NCBI GenBank assembly: GCA_013265495.1
Contig: MU058687.1
Span: forward strand, 806,001 to 870,000
DNA: 64,000 nucleotides
Direction: 5' to 3'
Source of the DNA: Vicugna vicugna
Taxonomy: Eukaryota
Shown: piece by piece, positions 10,120 through 22,589 of the stretch
Position numbering within the stretch: the first letter of the stretch is position 1
Layout of the letters: each line of letters opens with the position of its first letter
Position numbers and translations under genes: made by a program
The notes under the pieces: model-generated
Told to the model about the DNA's origin: nothing
The model's database searches: none
Seen by the model: the letters and a program-made list of their open reading frames with translations, nothing else

Positions 10120-11500
10120 GGATTATGAATCTGCCTCCCGAGGATAAATTCTGAACCGTGCCTCTCTACTGCCTACAAATAAATAAACGAATGAATGAAT
10201 TCACAACAAGTCTTAGGAGTTGTCTAGGCCAAAGATCCTAGGGTCCAGAGGCCGCAAAGAGATGCCTGCCCAGCAGGAAGCATATCACCCTTCCTGGGAA
10301 CTCCCCTCTCCCTTTTTTAAACAAGGGATCAGGAGAGTGAATGGGAAAAAACAGCAGGGATACCCAGAAGGAGGTCAGAGGAATTCCTCAGCTGCTGCAT
10401 AAAGGCTCCACTGCGTACAAGCGCAGCACCACGCAGAATCGCTAAAGGAAACAGTGAGGCGCCTGTGTCCCCGCCACGCCCCCCAGCCAGATCAGGGATA
10501 GAACAAGGGTCAGAGAGCAGAGGACTTGTGAGATCTGGAAGGAGAGAGTGGCTGAGCTGGGATTCCCGTGGGTGCTTCAAAAAGACTCTTGGTGGGTGGC
10601 CGGCGTCCTTGCAGGTGCAACTCTGACCTGAGGAAGCCAAAGCAGCTTCTGAGGCATCAGCCCGAACTCCAAGGAGTCTGAAGGTGACAAAATGCCCATG
10701 AAGCACGTAGGACAGACATGCATGACTTTCCCAGTAAGGAAACCTGGACAGTGTGGGCCTGGAACTCAGGTCTTCCACCCCGCCCCTGGCCATGTCCACT
10801 CACTGCTGCACATTGGCCTGTCCACAGGCGGAGAAGGAAGCAGACGGGCCCCTGGCTGCAGCCTGCCACCGGCCTGACGATTCTCACCCTTGGCTGCAGG
10901 AATTCCCAAGGAGGCCTCGACAAGCGCAAGCTAATTGCTGGAGACAATTTTGGCCCTGACTGTGACAGAGCTCGGGGAGGAGATGGTGGAGACATATGTC
11001 TGGCCACAGGGCTGTTTACAAACCATGCTGATCTCAGTCTGTGATGACAGATGGCTGCTGCAGGGAGATGGGGAGGGGCCCCCACCACACACCCTTCTGC
11101 CCAGGAAACAGATATACACACAGAGACACACACACACTGAACAAGGCTAAGTTTGATGCACAGGGGCATGTGAGCAGGCTGGAGCTGAACGCCTGATTTG
11201 CAAACCTCAGGCAGGAAACCTGGTACGAAACTTCTACTCCCCTGGAGCAGTGGAAAGAATGTATTCAGGGTGCTGGGGCAGCCAGACCCACATCTAATTC
11301 CTGGCACCACTCTGACTAGGTGTGTGACCTGAAGCACATTTCTTAACCTCTTTCGGTCTTAATGTTTTCATCTATAGAAATGGGGACAGAAACTTAGTTC
11401 GTGGGTTGTTGTGAGGATTAACCTTACCGAAACCATCAATGTCAGACTGATGTTAGCACAATGCCTGGCACGGCCTCCGTAGATGTTCCCCAAGGCTTGC

Positions 11501-11564
11501 TTCCTTCCTTCCTTCCTTCCTTCCTTCCTTCCTTCCTTCCTTCCTTCCTTCCTTCCTTCCTTCC
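11501..11564. repeat. (TTCC)16 microsatellite at a MIR tail
   Basis: Perfect TTCC run of 64 bp. Confidence 0.97.
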
Positions 11565-11641
11565 TGTAACACAGTTTTGAGGACAGCAAGCTGCCCCTCA
11601 CTGGCTGAAAAGACTCAACCTCTCTGAGCCTCAACTTTCTT

Positions 11642-11820
11642 TTTCTTATATTTTTAAATTCTTATTTTTTTTGAAGTGTAGTCAATTTACAATGTTAGTT
11701 TTAGGTGTGCAGCAAATCAGTTTGGTTATACATGTACACAACTATATATTTTTCAGATTCTTTTCCACTACAGCTCAATACAAGAAATTGAATGTAGTTT
11801 CCTGTGTTATACAGTCGGTC
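11642..11820 (-). mobile_element. 5'-truncated L1 3' end inserted in a MIR
   Basis: Poly-T then ttgaagtgtagtcaatttacaatgtt...tttttcagattcttttccac...gtttcctgtgttatacagt. Candidate TSD ctttctt at 11635-11641 and 11821-11827. Confidence 0.8.
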
Positions 11821-14800
11821 CTTTCTTACAGTAGGATGGGGATGACAATTCCTTTCTTGGGGCTATTGTGAACATTAAAGAAGCATGCAGAACTCTGAGC
11901 ATGATGTTTGTCACTTACTGATAATTATCGTATGTCCTTTATTCCAGATTTTCCTCCTTGATAAAGTTCTCATGGAGCCTCCCAATGATTGAAGAAATTC
12001 CACCCAAAGATGGGCTCTGACTGCTTCCTTAGGGTGGCACCAGAGCCAAAGTGGGTGTCTCTGTCACCACCAACAGTGATATGGAGAGGGGTCTTGTCAG
12101 ACCCTGGGCTCAGACAGGTGCCACCCCAACCCCATCCCTCCCTGGGGCTCTCCAGGCCAGACATGCCATGTATCAGCATCACCCCTGCTCTGGTAGGGAG
12201 GGCAGTAACTTGAGCTGAGGCACAATTCCCACGAGGCCAAAAGTCCCATGGAAGAGGCTCTCAGAACATCCCGGAGCCAAACAGTCATGACTTTTTTCAA
12301 CCCAACAACTGGAATTCTGAAAATCCCATTTCAGGAGACTGGGCGGCTGACCCAGAGTCACAGGGAACAGGAGCCCCGCCCCAGCACAGCTGTTCCCCCT
12401 GCCGGGGTCCTCCAGTTTAGCCAATGCCCAAGCCAAGGGCACAAGAAGCAGAGGAGAGAGATTACAGAGTGATTACAAGCAGGGGTCTGGGGCCACACAG
12501 ACCTGGGGTTTCAGGACTAATTTCCTCATCTGTAAAATGAAGATAGTAACACCTAGAGATACTGCTGGGATGCAATGGAGTGAGAACGCACTCAGCTTGG
12601 GGCCTGGTGCTTATTATGTGCTCTGAACAAAGAGCTGCTAACAAGGACTTAATGAGAGTGATGTTGCTGCTGTGACTTGCTCTAAGCTTCTCTGCTCCAG
12701 CCTCTGAACATCACCTTTGTGCCTTCACATGGTCACCCTTCCCGGGGGCTGGCATCACAGACCTACTCTTGGAACACTCCTCGTGGTCAAGGGCCATGGC
12801 AAAACCAAGCCAAACCAAGTCTTTCCTTCTATTGACAGTTTCAAATAACTTTTCAGATGTATATATAAACCTCCATTCCCTCAAACATCAATTTGTTTCC
12901 CCAACTCCCTCCACACCTTTTCTAGGTAGGCGCATTTCTTGAGGTGGGGAGATCAGTATTTCTGGAAACACCTCGTTATACTGCTGGGCAGCTGCAGTTT
13001 TTAATAAGTTGTCCCATGTGCTGAGTTTGGAGTTGAGCTCCACCTACTAGAAACATCTACACATCAGCTTTTGCCCCACCCCTAAGCCACAGGGTACAAA
13101 CCTACCTGCTTTCCCCCAGCTAATTCTTTCCACACATCTCTGTTAACTCTCAGGCCTGGGCTGCAGGTGCTGCTCTACCAGTCTGTTCAGCCCAGTCTTC
13201 TTGAGGGATGTTGCCCTTCATGTATACATGGAATAGGGTCCTGGGCTGCACTCTCCTGACTGTGAAACCCTGGTCCAGCACCCTGATCTTTGTTGTCTTC
13301 ATGCAGCCCCAAGCCTCCCCCAGAATGATTAGGGAAATCTTGGTCAGCCGAGAGTCAGACACGCTGTGATCTGAATTCTGGCTTCCCCGTCCTAGCTGTG
13401 CAAGTTTGGACAACTTCCTCACCCCTCTCTGCACTTCATTTTTCTCACCTGTCAAATGGGGATAAAGATCTTAGTTTGCAGACGGTTGTGACAATGAAAT
13501 GAGATAACATAGGTGACAAGCCCAGCAGAGTGTAAAAGTTCAGTAACTGGCGGCTGTTACTATTTTTAAAAGCGAAGATGCAGAATTCCTTAAAGGCGCA
13601 GACCAAGGGAATCAGGTCTCTGTGAAGATACAGAGTAGGGTGTGGGTTCTGAGGTGAACTCACCCCACGCCCAGCAGACAGAGATGGTCTCATGGCACCA
13701 GCTGGGGCCCACCACTGCAGCCCACGCGCCATGGGCCAGCCCCGCCTGCCCCAGCAAAGGGGCCTTGGGGTTGACACAGCCAGTGCCAAGCCAGATGGGG
13801 CAGTGGCCAACTTTCCAGTCGACCCAGATGTCTGTCTTTCTCAGATGAAAACTCAAAAATGTGGCCTCAATCAATGTAGCTTTTGAGAGCTGTGTGCTCT
13901 CCAGAACCTGGCAGGGGGACTGCAGAAGCTGAGACCTTTGATAACTCCCTAAGGGTCAGGAAGACATGGCTCAGGCCAAGGTCCTGTCAGGTCAGCTAAC
14001 AGCTGTCACTCAGAGTGAACAGAAAAGGGTGGGGGGACCAGAGGCTGCCCTAGGTTGACTCCCTGAGAAAGAAGGCACTGAGGAATTTTTCTGGAAGAAA
14101 AGGGATTTGTCTGGGCCATGTAACTAAGACTGCAAGGCAGTCCTTTTCCATGTCAGAAATAGCAGCACTCTGCAGGGACCATCGAAGAAGGTCCAGCCTT
14201 GAGCCTCAGAAGCCAAGGTGACTTAGGGGAAGCCATGAAGTCATGGCTCCCCCACTCCCGCTGTTGGCTTTATTACTCCCCTGACCCCCTGACTCTACTA
14301 GACCAGTGTACCAGGGACGACAAAGCCCTTCCCTGAGGGGCATAGCCCATTTTATCAGAAGAGGAATAGAGGCTCAGAGGGGCAAAGCCACCAGGGCTGA
14401 GAGTGTTCTGGAACTCAAGTCCTGCCTGTCTTGCCAACCATTCCTAAACCCACCCCAGCAGCTCGCCTTTGCTTCCTCTGATTCTTGCACAGTAGCTTGC
14501 CTATCCTGCCTACTTAAAGAAACATTCGCCACCCTGGCTCCAGGGTTGTGTGTGGAGCTGGGTATCTGGCACCCTATCAATACAAACAAGGTTCCCCAGC
14601 CTCTTGCCCCTTCTCTACAAAGCCCAGCTGCCCCTGAATGCATTTTAAATGTTTACATTGCCCTGTCTTTGTAATTTCTTGCTCAGTGTTCTGGAATGCT
14701 TAACATTCCAGGGTCTGCATCCTGGTGCCCAGCTTGCTGAGCTGTGCTGAACACAGTGAGGGAGTGGTGGGAGGAGGCACCACCTGGAACAGGGAGGGGG

Positions 14801-14984
14801 TGAGGGCTCCAGGAAATGTTGTCACTCTCTTGATTTCACCTGCCTATGCAATTTTCCTGGGTTGTTAAATTAAGCTCTTCTCCATCTCATTCGCTTTCTC
14901 TAGTACTGCTTCAGATCTCATCCTGGATGTTACTTCCTGCAAGAAGCTTTTCTTGACTCACCAGTTTGAGCTAGGATCTCCTGC

Positions 14985-15151
14985 CCCACAGTGTACAGAT
15001 GTGCAGGTTGTGCACTGCACAAAAGGATCACATCTAAGAGAATCATTGGCCTCCTAGATTTGTCTATTTATAAAGACTGCTTTGAACACATGGAAGGGGC
15101 ACCTTTCTCTAATTTGCACACAGATGCTACAGAACCTATCAGTGGACCTGG
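14985..15151 (+). mobile_element. MER91-like hAT element
   Basis: gtgcaggttgtgcactgcacaa ... aggggcacctttctctaatttgcaca ... cagtggacctg. Confidence 0.7.
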
Positions 15152-16664
15152 TGCTGTCTGTGTCCCCTTCTTCACCAGACTGTAGGCTTGGAGAGGGGAG
15201 GCACTGTTTCTGCCTCATTCCCCATTGTTTGTTCAGGGCTGCACACTATGGCACTTCAAATGAGTATTTCATCAATATAAATATTTGTTGATTCAATGGA
15301 GTGTGGGATGTAAAATTCTCAAGGGTAGGTTTGACCAAGAGGAAGGAAAACAAGGAAAGAAGTGGTAAAACATCTCTGGCCTGCAGCGGGAGATGCTGAG
15401 CAGTCCAACACACTCCTGTCCATGGGGCAATGGGTCCAGTCTCTTTTCCCTTCTTGGAGGGATACTTTCTAGTAATAATTATAACAGCTACCACGTATCA
15501 ATCTAATGCTACATGCACCATCTCACCGATTCTCCGCAGCAGCCCTTCGAGATTGGCACTGTTACTGTCTCCATTTCACAGATCGGAGATGGGGCAGAGA
15601 GACATCAGCAGGTCGAGCTGGGACGGGTACCTGCCACGTGTTGGATGATCCAAGCCTGCAAGCTTAATATCACCCATTGCTGCTTCACCAAAAATTCTAT
15701 CACACCGTGAAACTGTCCACATTTATTTTCAATATGGAAAATACGGTCACTGCTCCACTGCCAAGTGTGAAGCTAGCACAGCCTTGCCCCACCCACCTTC
15801 GGGCTCTGGGCCAGGCCCCCCACAAAGCTGACTCACCGAGTTGACTGCCGCCAGGCAAAAGAAATACATGCCAGGCCCAGGCCCAGGCCCCTGCCCGGGA
15901 GTGCGGCCAGCAGGGGGAAGACAGGCTGAGCTGGCAGAAGCCATACTTAAGCACAGGCACCTTATTCCCCATCTCCTACTTCAAGATCAATGCCTATGAG
16001 AGTGGCATTTCACTTACTCCTGAATTCTCAGTGCTCAGTACACACGAGGCACCTGGTGAGTATTTGATGAATGAATGAGTGAATGAATGAATGAATGAAT
16101 GAATACATTAGATGTTCCCACTAATCAGAAGAGGGCTGGAAACTGGGTTTCCCATACTCCAAGGCCAAAGACATTCTGGGGCAGATGCTCAATCCTGAGT
16201 CAAAGACTGGGAGGCAGAAAATAAGAGACAAAGAGGAGGCGTAGGGGCCTCTCCAGGGAGAGAATGAGGGGAATACTGAGTCACTAAATCAAGACCTCTG
16301 GGCCCTTGGTACCTGGGCACGGGATATGTGGAAGGGGGTTGAGGAGTAGAAGAGGGCCCAGCATGGGATGGGATCCCTAAAATTTGGTCAAGAACAACTG
16401 GCAAAAGGGAGTAAGTCCTCCCAGGCAATCCTGTAGAGCAGACAGGCCATACTGCACGTGGCAGAGGGTCTGAGCCGTCAGCAGCCTCTGCCACTAGCCA
16501 AAAGCACACTCAAGGGAGATCTGGAAAAGCTCCTCAGTTTACCAACCTGTTCTACTTGCCTGGCCTCTGAGATCCTGGTGGGAGATGCAGTGGAGTGCCG
16601 GCAGCAAAGGCCAGGCCCTGGGGAGCTTTGCTCACAACCCTGGACCCTGGTACCCAGCACTCAC

Positions 16665-16767
16665 CTGGTCTGGGTGGGCACGGGGCACATGAGGTCACCC
16701 CCCAGAAGGCTCCCACACTGCCACAGCAGTCCTCTTGGGCAGTCAGCTCCAGCAGGGGGTTGGCACA
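16665..16767 (-). CDS. LTBP2: LTBP2 exon 8 (103 nt), TB/hybrid 8-Cys domain core
   Basis: ttttttccag|TGTGCCAAC ... AGACCAG|gtgagt. Translates [34 protein letters not shown](A). Phase 0 to 1. Confidence 0.96.
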
Positions 16768-17816
16768 CTGGAAAAAAGGCCATGGACACCTGTCACCTGC
16801 TTCCCTCCCCTGCTGTGCACAGAGATGTTCCAAGAAAGCCTGAGACACAAGCTCATCTCCCACATCATGCCAGAGGATGCCCTCCCCACAAGGGAGGGGA
16901 GGGGAGAGTTAGCTGTGGTCCTGGAAGGAAGCAGAGAAATCTGAGGTCCACTTTGCCAGACTCAAAACTTAGTGGAGTGGCAGGGACACCTCCAAACAAG
17001 ATCTTCTCTGTGAAGTCTGCAAACTGCCCCCATTCCAAACTGACCCCACAGACAGAGGGGTCCCAAAGGATGGGTTTTCCTCCATCAAACTCCAGAGAAG
17101 TCCAGGACCACCTCCCATGAGCAAGGTCCATGCTCAGCAACACCACAGCTGAGAGGCAGGGAGGATCTGGGGACTCAGAGTCCCTATCCCTTGGGTGCTG
17201 CCACCTCCAGTTCCCTAATCTCATGAGGGGTTTCTGGAAACACCAACCCTAAGAAAAACCAACCTGAGTCTGGCTTAGCCCCTATTCTTAGGCACCTGGA
17301 CTCAGAAAAGCTCACTTGATTTCCCATCACTGACTGCAGATGCCACCGGGGGCAGGGGGAATGGAGTGTCTTTTATCTTTGCACCCCCAAGGCCTTGGGG
17401 TTTAACTTTCATTTGCTAATTCCACATCTTTGTGACTCAACTCTCAACTAAAGACCAAACTCCTTTTCGCCAGATCTAATAGCTCCACTGTTCATGCAAC
17501 CAGAGGGATCCTCCATTCAGCTCCAGGAGAGCCTAGGATTTGTTGGGACCCAAGTCCCCTCATTCCCCTCCACAGGGAACCTCTTAGGCCCTCTTCTGTG
17601 TGCCTGGCACTGACAGGTACCCAATGGAGCGCAGGTAGGAGGCCCAGACTCTTCACACTCAGGTGATGTTACGCCCTGAATTTTTCCAGCTGGGGAATGG
17701 GAGAACCCGCAGACACTCAAATTTCATAAGAACAAGGAGGAGAAAGAGAAGGAGGAGGGGCAGCTCAGGGAGAAGTTGCTGTCTGGGAAGCCCCCGGCAG
17801 GAGGCTTCATTCTCAC

Positions 17817-18103
17817 CTGTCCATTCACAGCGCTCAGGTAGCACCGGCCCAGGAGTCCCTGAGGCCTGGGCACCATGAGGGGCGGGGGCCGAGGGGCCTC
17901 TCTGGACCGAGCGGGGATGCTGTTGCTGTCCCAGTGGCCGTGGCCTGGGCTGGCTGGGAGTCGGGGGGAGGGTCTGGTCTCCACGCTGTTCTCCTCCGGG
18001 GCCTCCTCGGCCTCGCCCCGCACCCGCGCCACCTGGTGGACCTGCACGGAGGCCTCAGGCGGGTGGTGGATGTGCACCTTCACCAAGGAGGGATTCACAG
18101 AGG
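17817..18103 (-). CDS. LTBP2: LTBP2 exon 7 (287 nt), linker into TB/hybrid domain
   Basis: atgcccag|CCTCTGTGAAT ... GGACAG|gtgaga. Translates [27 protein letters not shown]...[14 protein letters not shown]. Phase 1 to 0. Confidence 0.96.
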
Positions 18104-18902
18104 CTGGGCATAGGGGCTGCAGTCAGCGGTGGGAAACAGGGCCCCACCCACTGGCTGTGTGTCTCCCCAAAATTCTCCTTCCATATCTCCACTCTCTACC
18201 CAAAGCCCAGAACAATTTCCCAGGGAGGACAGGATGAAGCACAAATTCCTTCACTCCCCACCTTTCCACGAAGAACCTTCATCACCAACTTCTAAACTAC
18301 CTTTGACTCCACCTCCCCCACGATCCTGCAGAACCCCCAAGCTCAGCCCAACCGATCCTGCATGGTCCCAACTCCATGCCTTTGTTCATGCCAGTCCCTC
18401 TGCCAGGAGCCCCTCCCACTCTCCTCTGCTTAACCAAAGCCTACCCATTGTTTAACGCCTAACTGAAGCCCACCTCCTCCATGCAGCCTTCCCTGAACAC
18501 CCTGGGCTTGGGGCTGTCTATCCCCTGACGATCTATAGAATTCTGTATCTTTTGTGCCCTTTATTTGACACCTGATAATGGAAGGTATAGAAAAGGAAAT
18601 GTTTTATGATGTGATTCTCTTTCTCATCCATCCCCTCTCTACTGTCTAGGACTATGGGTCTTTTGAGGTCAGAACCCTGCCCTTATACCCTTCTGTCTCA
18701 CCCATAGCACCCAGTAGGGAGTAAGGAAGGAAAAAAAGGATGAATTCATAGGAGAGAACAGGGAACCAGGGAACTTCAGGGAATGAAACTGAACCCTGAG
18801 GGTAGAGAAGGAAGTGCTGGCAACAGCTTCCTGTCCCCTCCATCAAGACTCCAGCACCTACCCTATGTGGTTACGCAGGGCGCCTCCCAGCCCCACACTC
18901 AC

Positions 18903-19109
18903 CCAGCTGGTTGGAGAGAGGCAGTGTGAAGGTGGACTGCTTCAAGGGGCTCTCTGGTGGGGCCCTGTGGCGGGGGCCCCTCTCTGGAGGCTCTCTGTCC
19001 AGCCTGGGGGCAGGCAGGTGACAGAACTTCCCGGTGGAGTTGGCAGGACACCAGCATTCATCTCTGCCGATGCAGCGGCCTCCATTCAGACAGGGGATCT
19101 GGCAGAAAT
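18903..19109 (-). CDS. LTBP2: LTBP2 exon 6 (207 nt), EGF-like domain plus linker
   Basis: gatgttgtag|ATTTCTGCCAG ... CAGCTGG|gtgagt. Translates [32 protein letters not shown]...[11 protein letters not shown](A). Phase 1 to 1. Confidence 0.95.
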
Positions 19110-19603
19110 CTACAACATCGACCTCAGGGTGACTGGCGGTGGAAACACAGCAGCACCTACTATGGGGCCAGTGAGTAACAATAAGGAGGCAGGGGAAGCA
19201 GGACCCCAAATCTGGATGGCTTGGGGAACCCAGCACCCCTAAATGCAAGGACTTTCTAGGAGCCTGGAAGTGAAGGAGGATGGATAATAACCAGGCCTTT
19301 ACCCCAAAATAACCTAACCTGGGGGTTGAGGGAGTGGCACTATTAACACCCTCACTTTTCCCTGGAGGAAAGCTGGATTCAGAGAGGTTATGCGACTTGC
19401 TCAGAGTCACAAGTGACAGAGCTGGGTGAGGATCCAGCATTGTGTGATTGAGGACAACTCACAGGAGTTTGGGGGCACTGGGCTTCCTTCCTGCAGTAGA
19501 GCTGGGCTCCAGCCCCAGGCTGACCTGTCCCACTGGTCACCCCCACACCCACTCCCAGGGTCAGCTGGGAACCCTCTAAAGGGGACAGTGGGAATGGACT
19601 CAC

Positions 19604-19774
19604 AGATGCGGAAGCCAGACTTGGGGTCATGCCCGTGGCCGCCCTGGCTGTACAGGGTGGTGGTGTCACCGCGCTCACAGCTATTGGCACAGTGCCCGCG
19701 GGCACAGGTCTGTTTGCAGATGGTAGGAGTGAAGATGATCTTGATCTTCTTGATTTTCTCCGTGAGGTTCAGCC
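19604..19774 (-). CDS. LTBP2: LTBP2 exon 5 (171 nt), basic KIKKIKI motif and 4-Cys region with RGD
   Basis: ctctctgcag|GGCTGAAC ... CGCATCT|gtgagt. Translates [56 protein letters not shown](Y). Phase 1 to 1. Confidence 0.96.
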
Positions 19775-20665
19775 CTGCAGAGAGAGGGCTTGGGTCCAGG
19801 GGGCAGGGCTGAGAGGCACAGCTGTGACCTCCAGAGGCTGGTTAGAAAGGCCCATGGGACTGGGTTGAATCCATCCCAAGGGTATTTGCTAAGTTCCTAC
19901 TGAAAGCAAGTCTCATTATTCGGGCAGAGTAATATCTCAGAAAGTAATAGCCCGTGGCCCACTGTCTATTGAGGGATGTCAACCAGCCAGCAACTAAGCT
20001 TGTGCTTCATGTACAGTAACTCTCAACCCTCTTGAGCATACTTTTAGGTTGAACTATTAGAAATTGCCATTTTTAAGGTTAAACTGTTTGCTTATTGGCA
20101 ATGTTCCTATATCCAAGTTAGTATTTCCATTTGACAGTTAAGGAAACTGAGGCTCAGAGAAGGATGGGCTGCAGCCCAAGTCACAGAGCTGGTAAGGACT
20201 GCAGCTGGGCTTTGAGCCAAAAAGCAGAGAACAGAATGTAACTCAGACTTGCCAGAGTAGGGGTTTTCCAAGAGAAGCGGAGGAATAGAAAGCCTGAAAG
20301 AATGATTAGAGTCAGGGTTGGTGCCCCTGATGGCCAGACAAGGATAGGACACTATTTGGTTCATGGTGGGAAGTCATTGAAAATTTTCAGTAAGAGATCA
20401 GAGAGGGAGTATGGGGGGTTCATGCCCTACCGTGATCGGTTGGGAGGTCATTGCAGCCGTGTGCACTGAGGTTGCTTCATTTAACACGGTGGTGGCAGTG
20501 GAGATACAAAGGAGGGGAAGAGGGGTTTTTATTCAGTACAGAAGGCCCAGGGAGGGAAGCCAGGAGGCAGAGGGGTTGAGAAGGGAAGTATAAGAAGTCT
20601 CTGTAGCCTTGACTGTGAAGGGAGGAGAGATAGAAAGGAAGCCAGAGGAAAGTGGAGAAATAACC

Positions 20666-20690
20666 GTGTGTGTGTGTGTGTGTGTGTGTG
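20666..20690. repeat. (GT)12 microsatellite
   Basis: Perfect GT run. Confidence 0.95.
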
Positions 20691-20884
20691 AGAATGGGAG
20701 AGCTGTAAGCAACTGCATACGCTGTAGGGAAATGTCTGAGAGAGGGGGACCGGAGAAGGTGGAGGGGAGACGGGGAAGCGGGAGGGCAAGTGGCAGCTTA
20801 GTGTTCCAGAGGAGTCAAGAAACAGTGGGGGCGTGCCTTAGACAAGAAGAGGGGCACCTCCTTTTCAAGATGACAAGAAAGGTC

Positions 20885-21345
20885 ATCAGCTGTAAAAAGG
20901 AATGAAGCACTGACATGTGCAGTCCACAACATGGACAAACCTCGAAAACACCACACTAAGTGAAAGAGCCAGACACAGAAGTCCACATAGTGGATGACTC
21001 TGTGTAAATGAAATGTTCAGGATATACAAATCTGTAAGGACAGGAAGAAGATTAGTGGGGCTGGGGGCCATGGCAGGGTCGGGGTGGGAAAGGGAGTGAC
21101 TGCTTAATGGGCATGGGGTTCTTTCTGGAGTGATGACAACATTCTGTAATTAGTGGCGGTAGCTGCATAAAATTGTGGATATACCAAACAGCACTGATGC
21201 GTACACTTTAAAATGGTTAATTTTACATTATATGAATTTTACCTTAATTTTTAAAATGGAAAACAGAGAAAAAAAAGTAAAACCAAAATAAACAACAAAG
21301 AAAGAAAAAACAAAAAACAAAAAAAAAAGAAGGAAAACAAAGAAA
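20885..21345 (+). mobile_element. L1MB-like 3' end with A-rich tail
   Basis: aaaaaggaatgaagcactgaca...catggacaaacctcgaaaac...ctaagtgaaagagccagacaca...tacactttaaaatggttaatttta followed by an A-rich tail. Confidence 0.85.
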
Positions 21346-21910
21346 GGCAGTCAGCCAGGGCATGGGTTTAGGTAAGAGAATGATTGCTGTGCACGGGGGA
21401 GCAGATGGACAGGAAGGCGAGGTGCTCTGGGGAGCCGCTGAGATTGTTGGGGAACAACCAAGAACATGCAGAGGCATGAATCTGCAGGGACGCTTGGCTG
21501 TCTCCTCTGGGAAGCAGAGGCCCCACTCTAGTTGCTAAGGAAGCAACTGGTCAATTTGGTTGAGGAGGGTTGGGGTTTGCAGGAAGGATGAAGTGGAAGG
21601 ACCAGGGCCAGGGAGGTAAGAGTCACAGCTGGATATGAAGGAAGCAAAGGCAGGACGGGTGACAGGTGGGGCAGAAATAGATCAATCCAGGTCTAGGTGT
21701 CTCAAAGGGGCAAAGTCCCCGTCAGCTGGTTTGGAACCCTTGGAGCCTGGCACAAAGCAGGTGCTTGACACCTGTTTGTTTATTGGCTGAAAGGATGAGA
21801 GTGACAACTCAGCACTTCTGAGAGAGAAAGAGGGAAGCAAAGGTGGGGAGAAGAAAGTCAGAGATTTAGATGCCCCACTCTTCTAGGACCTGAAGACAGG
21901 GTGTCCTTAC

Positions 21911-22101
21911 CCCAAGGGGATGAGAGGTGGTCCAGATATGCTGCCTGCTGGGCACCATCCCTCCGCTCAAGGCCTGGCCCCACAGGGAGGGCATTGGAAG
22001 TCAGCTGACCACTGGCCGCAGTGGCTGGAGAAAGTCGGACGGTCTGGGACAGCCCCACGTGCTGCTGGGAGGGGTGGGTCTGGCTGAGCCCACTCAGGGT
22101 C
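21911..22101 (-). CDS. LTBP2: LTBP2 exon 4 (191 nt), cysteine-free linker
   Basis: ttgtctccacag|GACCCTGAGT ... CCTTGGG|gtaagg. Translates [23 protein letters not shown]...DHLSSPW(G). Phase 2 to 1. Confidence 0.95.
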
Positions 22102-22589
22102 CTGTGGAGACAATCAGGGCATAGGGTTTGCATCCTGGCAGCAGTGTCTCTGTACCCTTCCAGTTCAGGATGCCCTCCCCCTACCCCTGCACTAGAAGAG
22201 TGTTCTCTATTTGGCTGCTTTCTTGCCAACTCCAGGAAAATGGAAGTGCTCTGAGATGGGGGACTGAGCTAAAGCCAGCTGGCTAGTTGGGTGAGAGTGC
22301 CTAACCCTCCGTGGAATCGGCTTTGGCTGGGTATTCAGGGCAAGTCACTTAGCCTCCCTGGGTCTCAGGGCAAAACGAAGATGCCACACTGGTCCCATGT
22401 AGCTCTGACGTTCTCAGAGTCTTTGAGATTCTTACGGACAAGCCCCTGCCCCAAAACTGAATCCTGTGCCTACCCTATTCCATTTTTAATACAACAATTT
22501 AATACAACAAATTGCCTGTGGAAGAGGTTCCCAACAAATACACGTTCACAGATTGATTCAGGGGCAGAGCCTCAAATATCCCTCTCATT

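Noticed and set aside
16196..16283. Two TGAGTCA sites near exon 8
   Set aside because: About 80 bp apart with no other supporting motifs or CpG signal; too weak to call.
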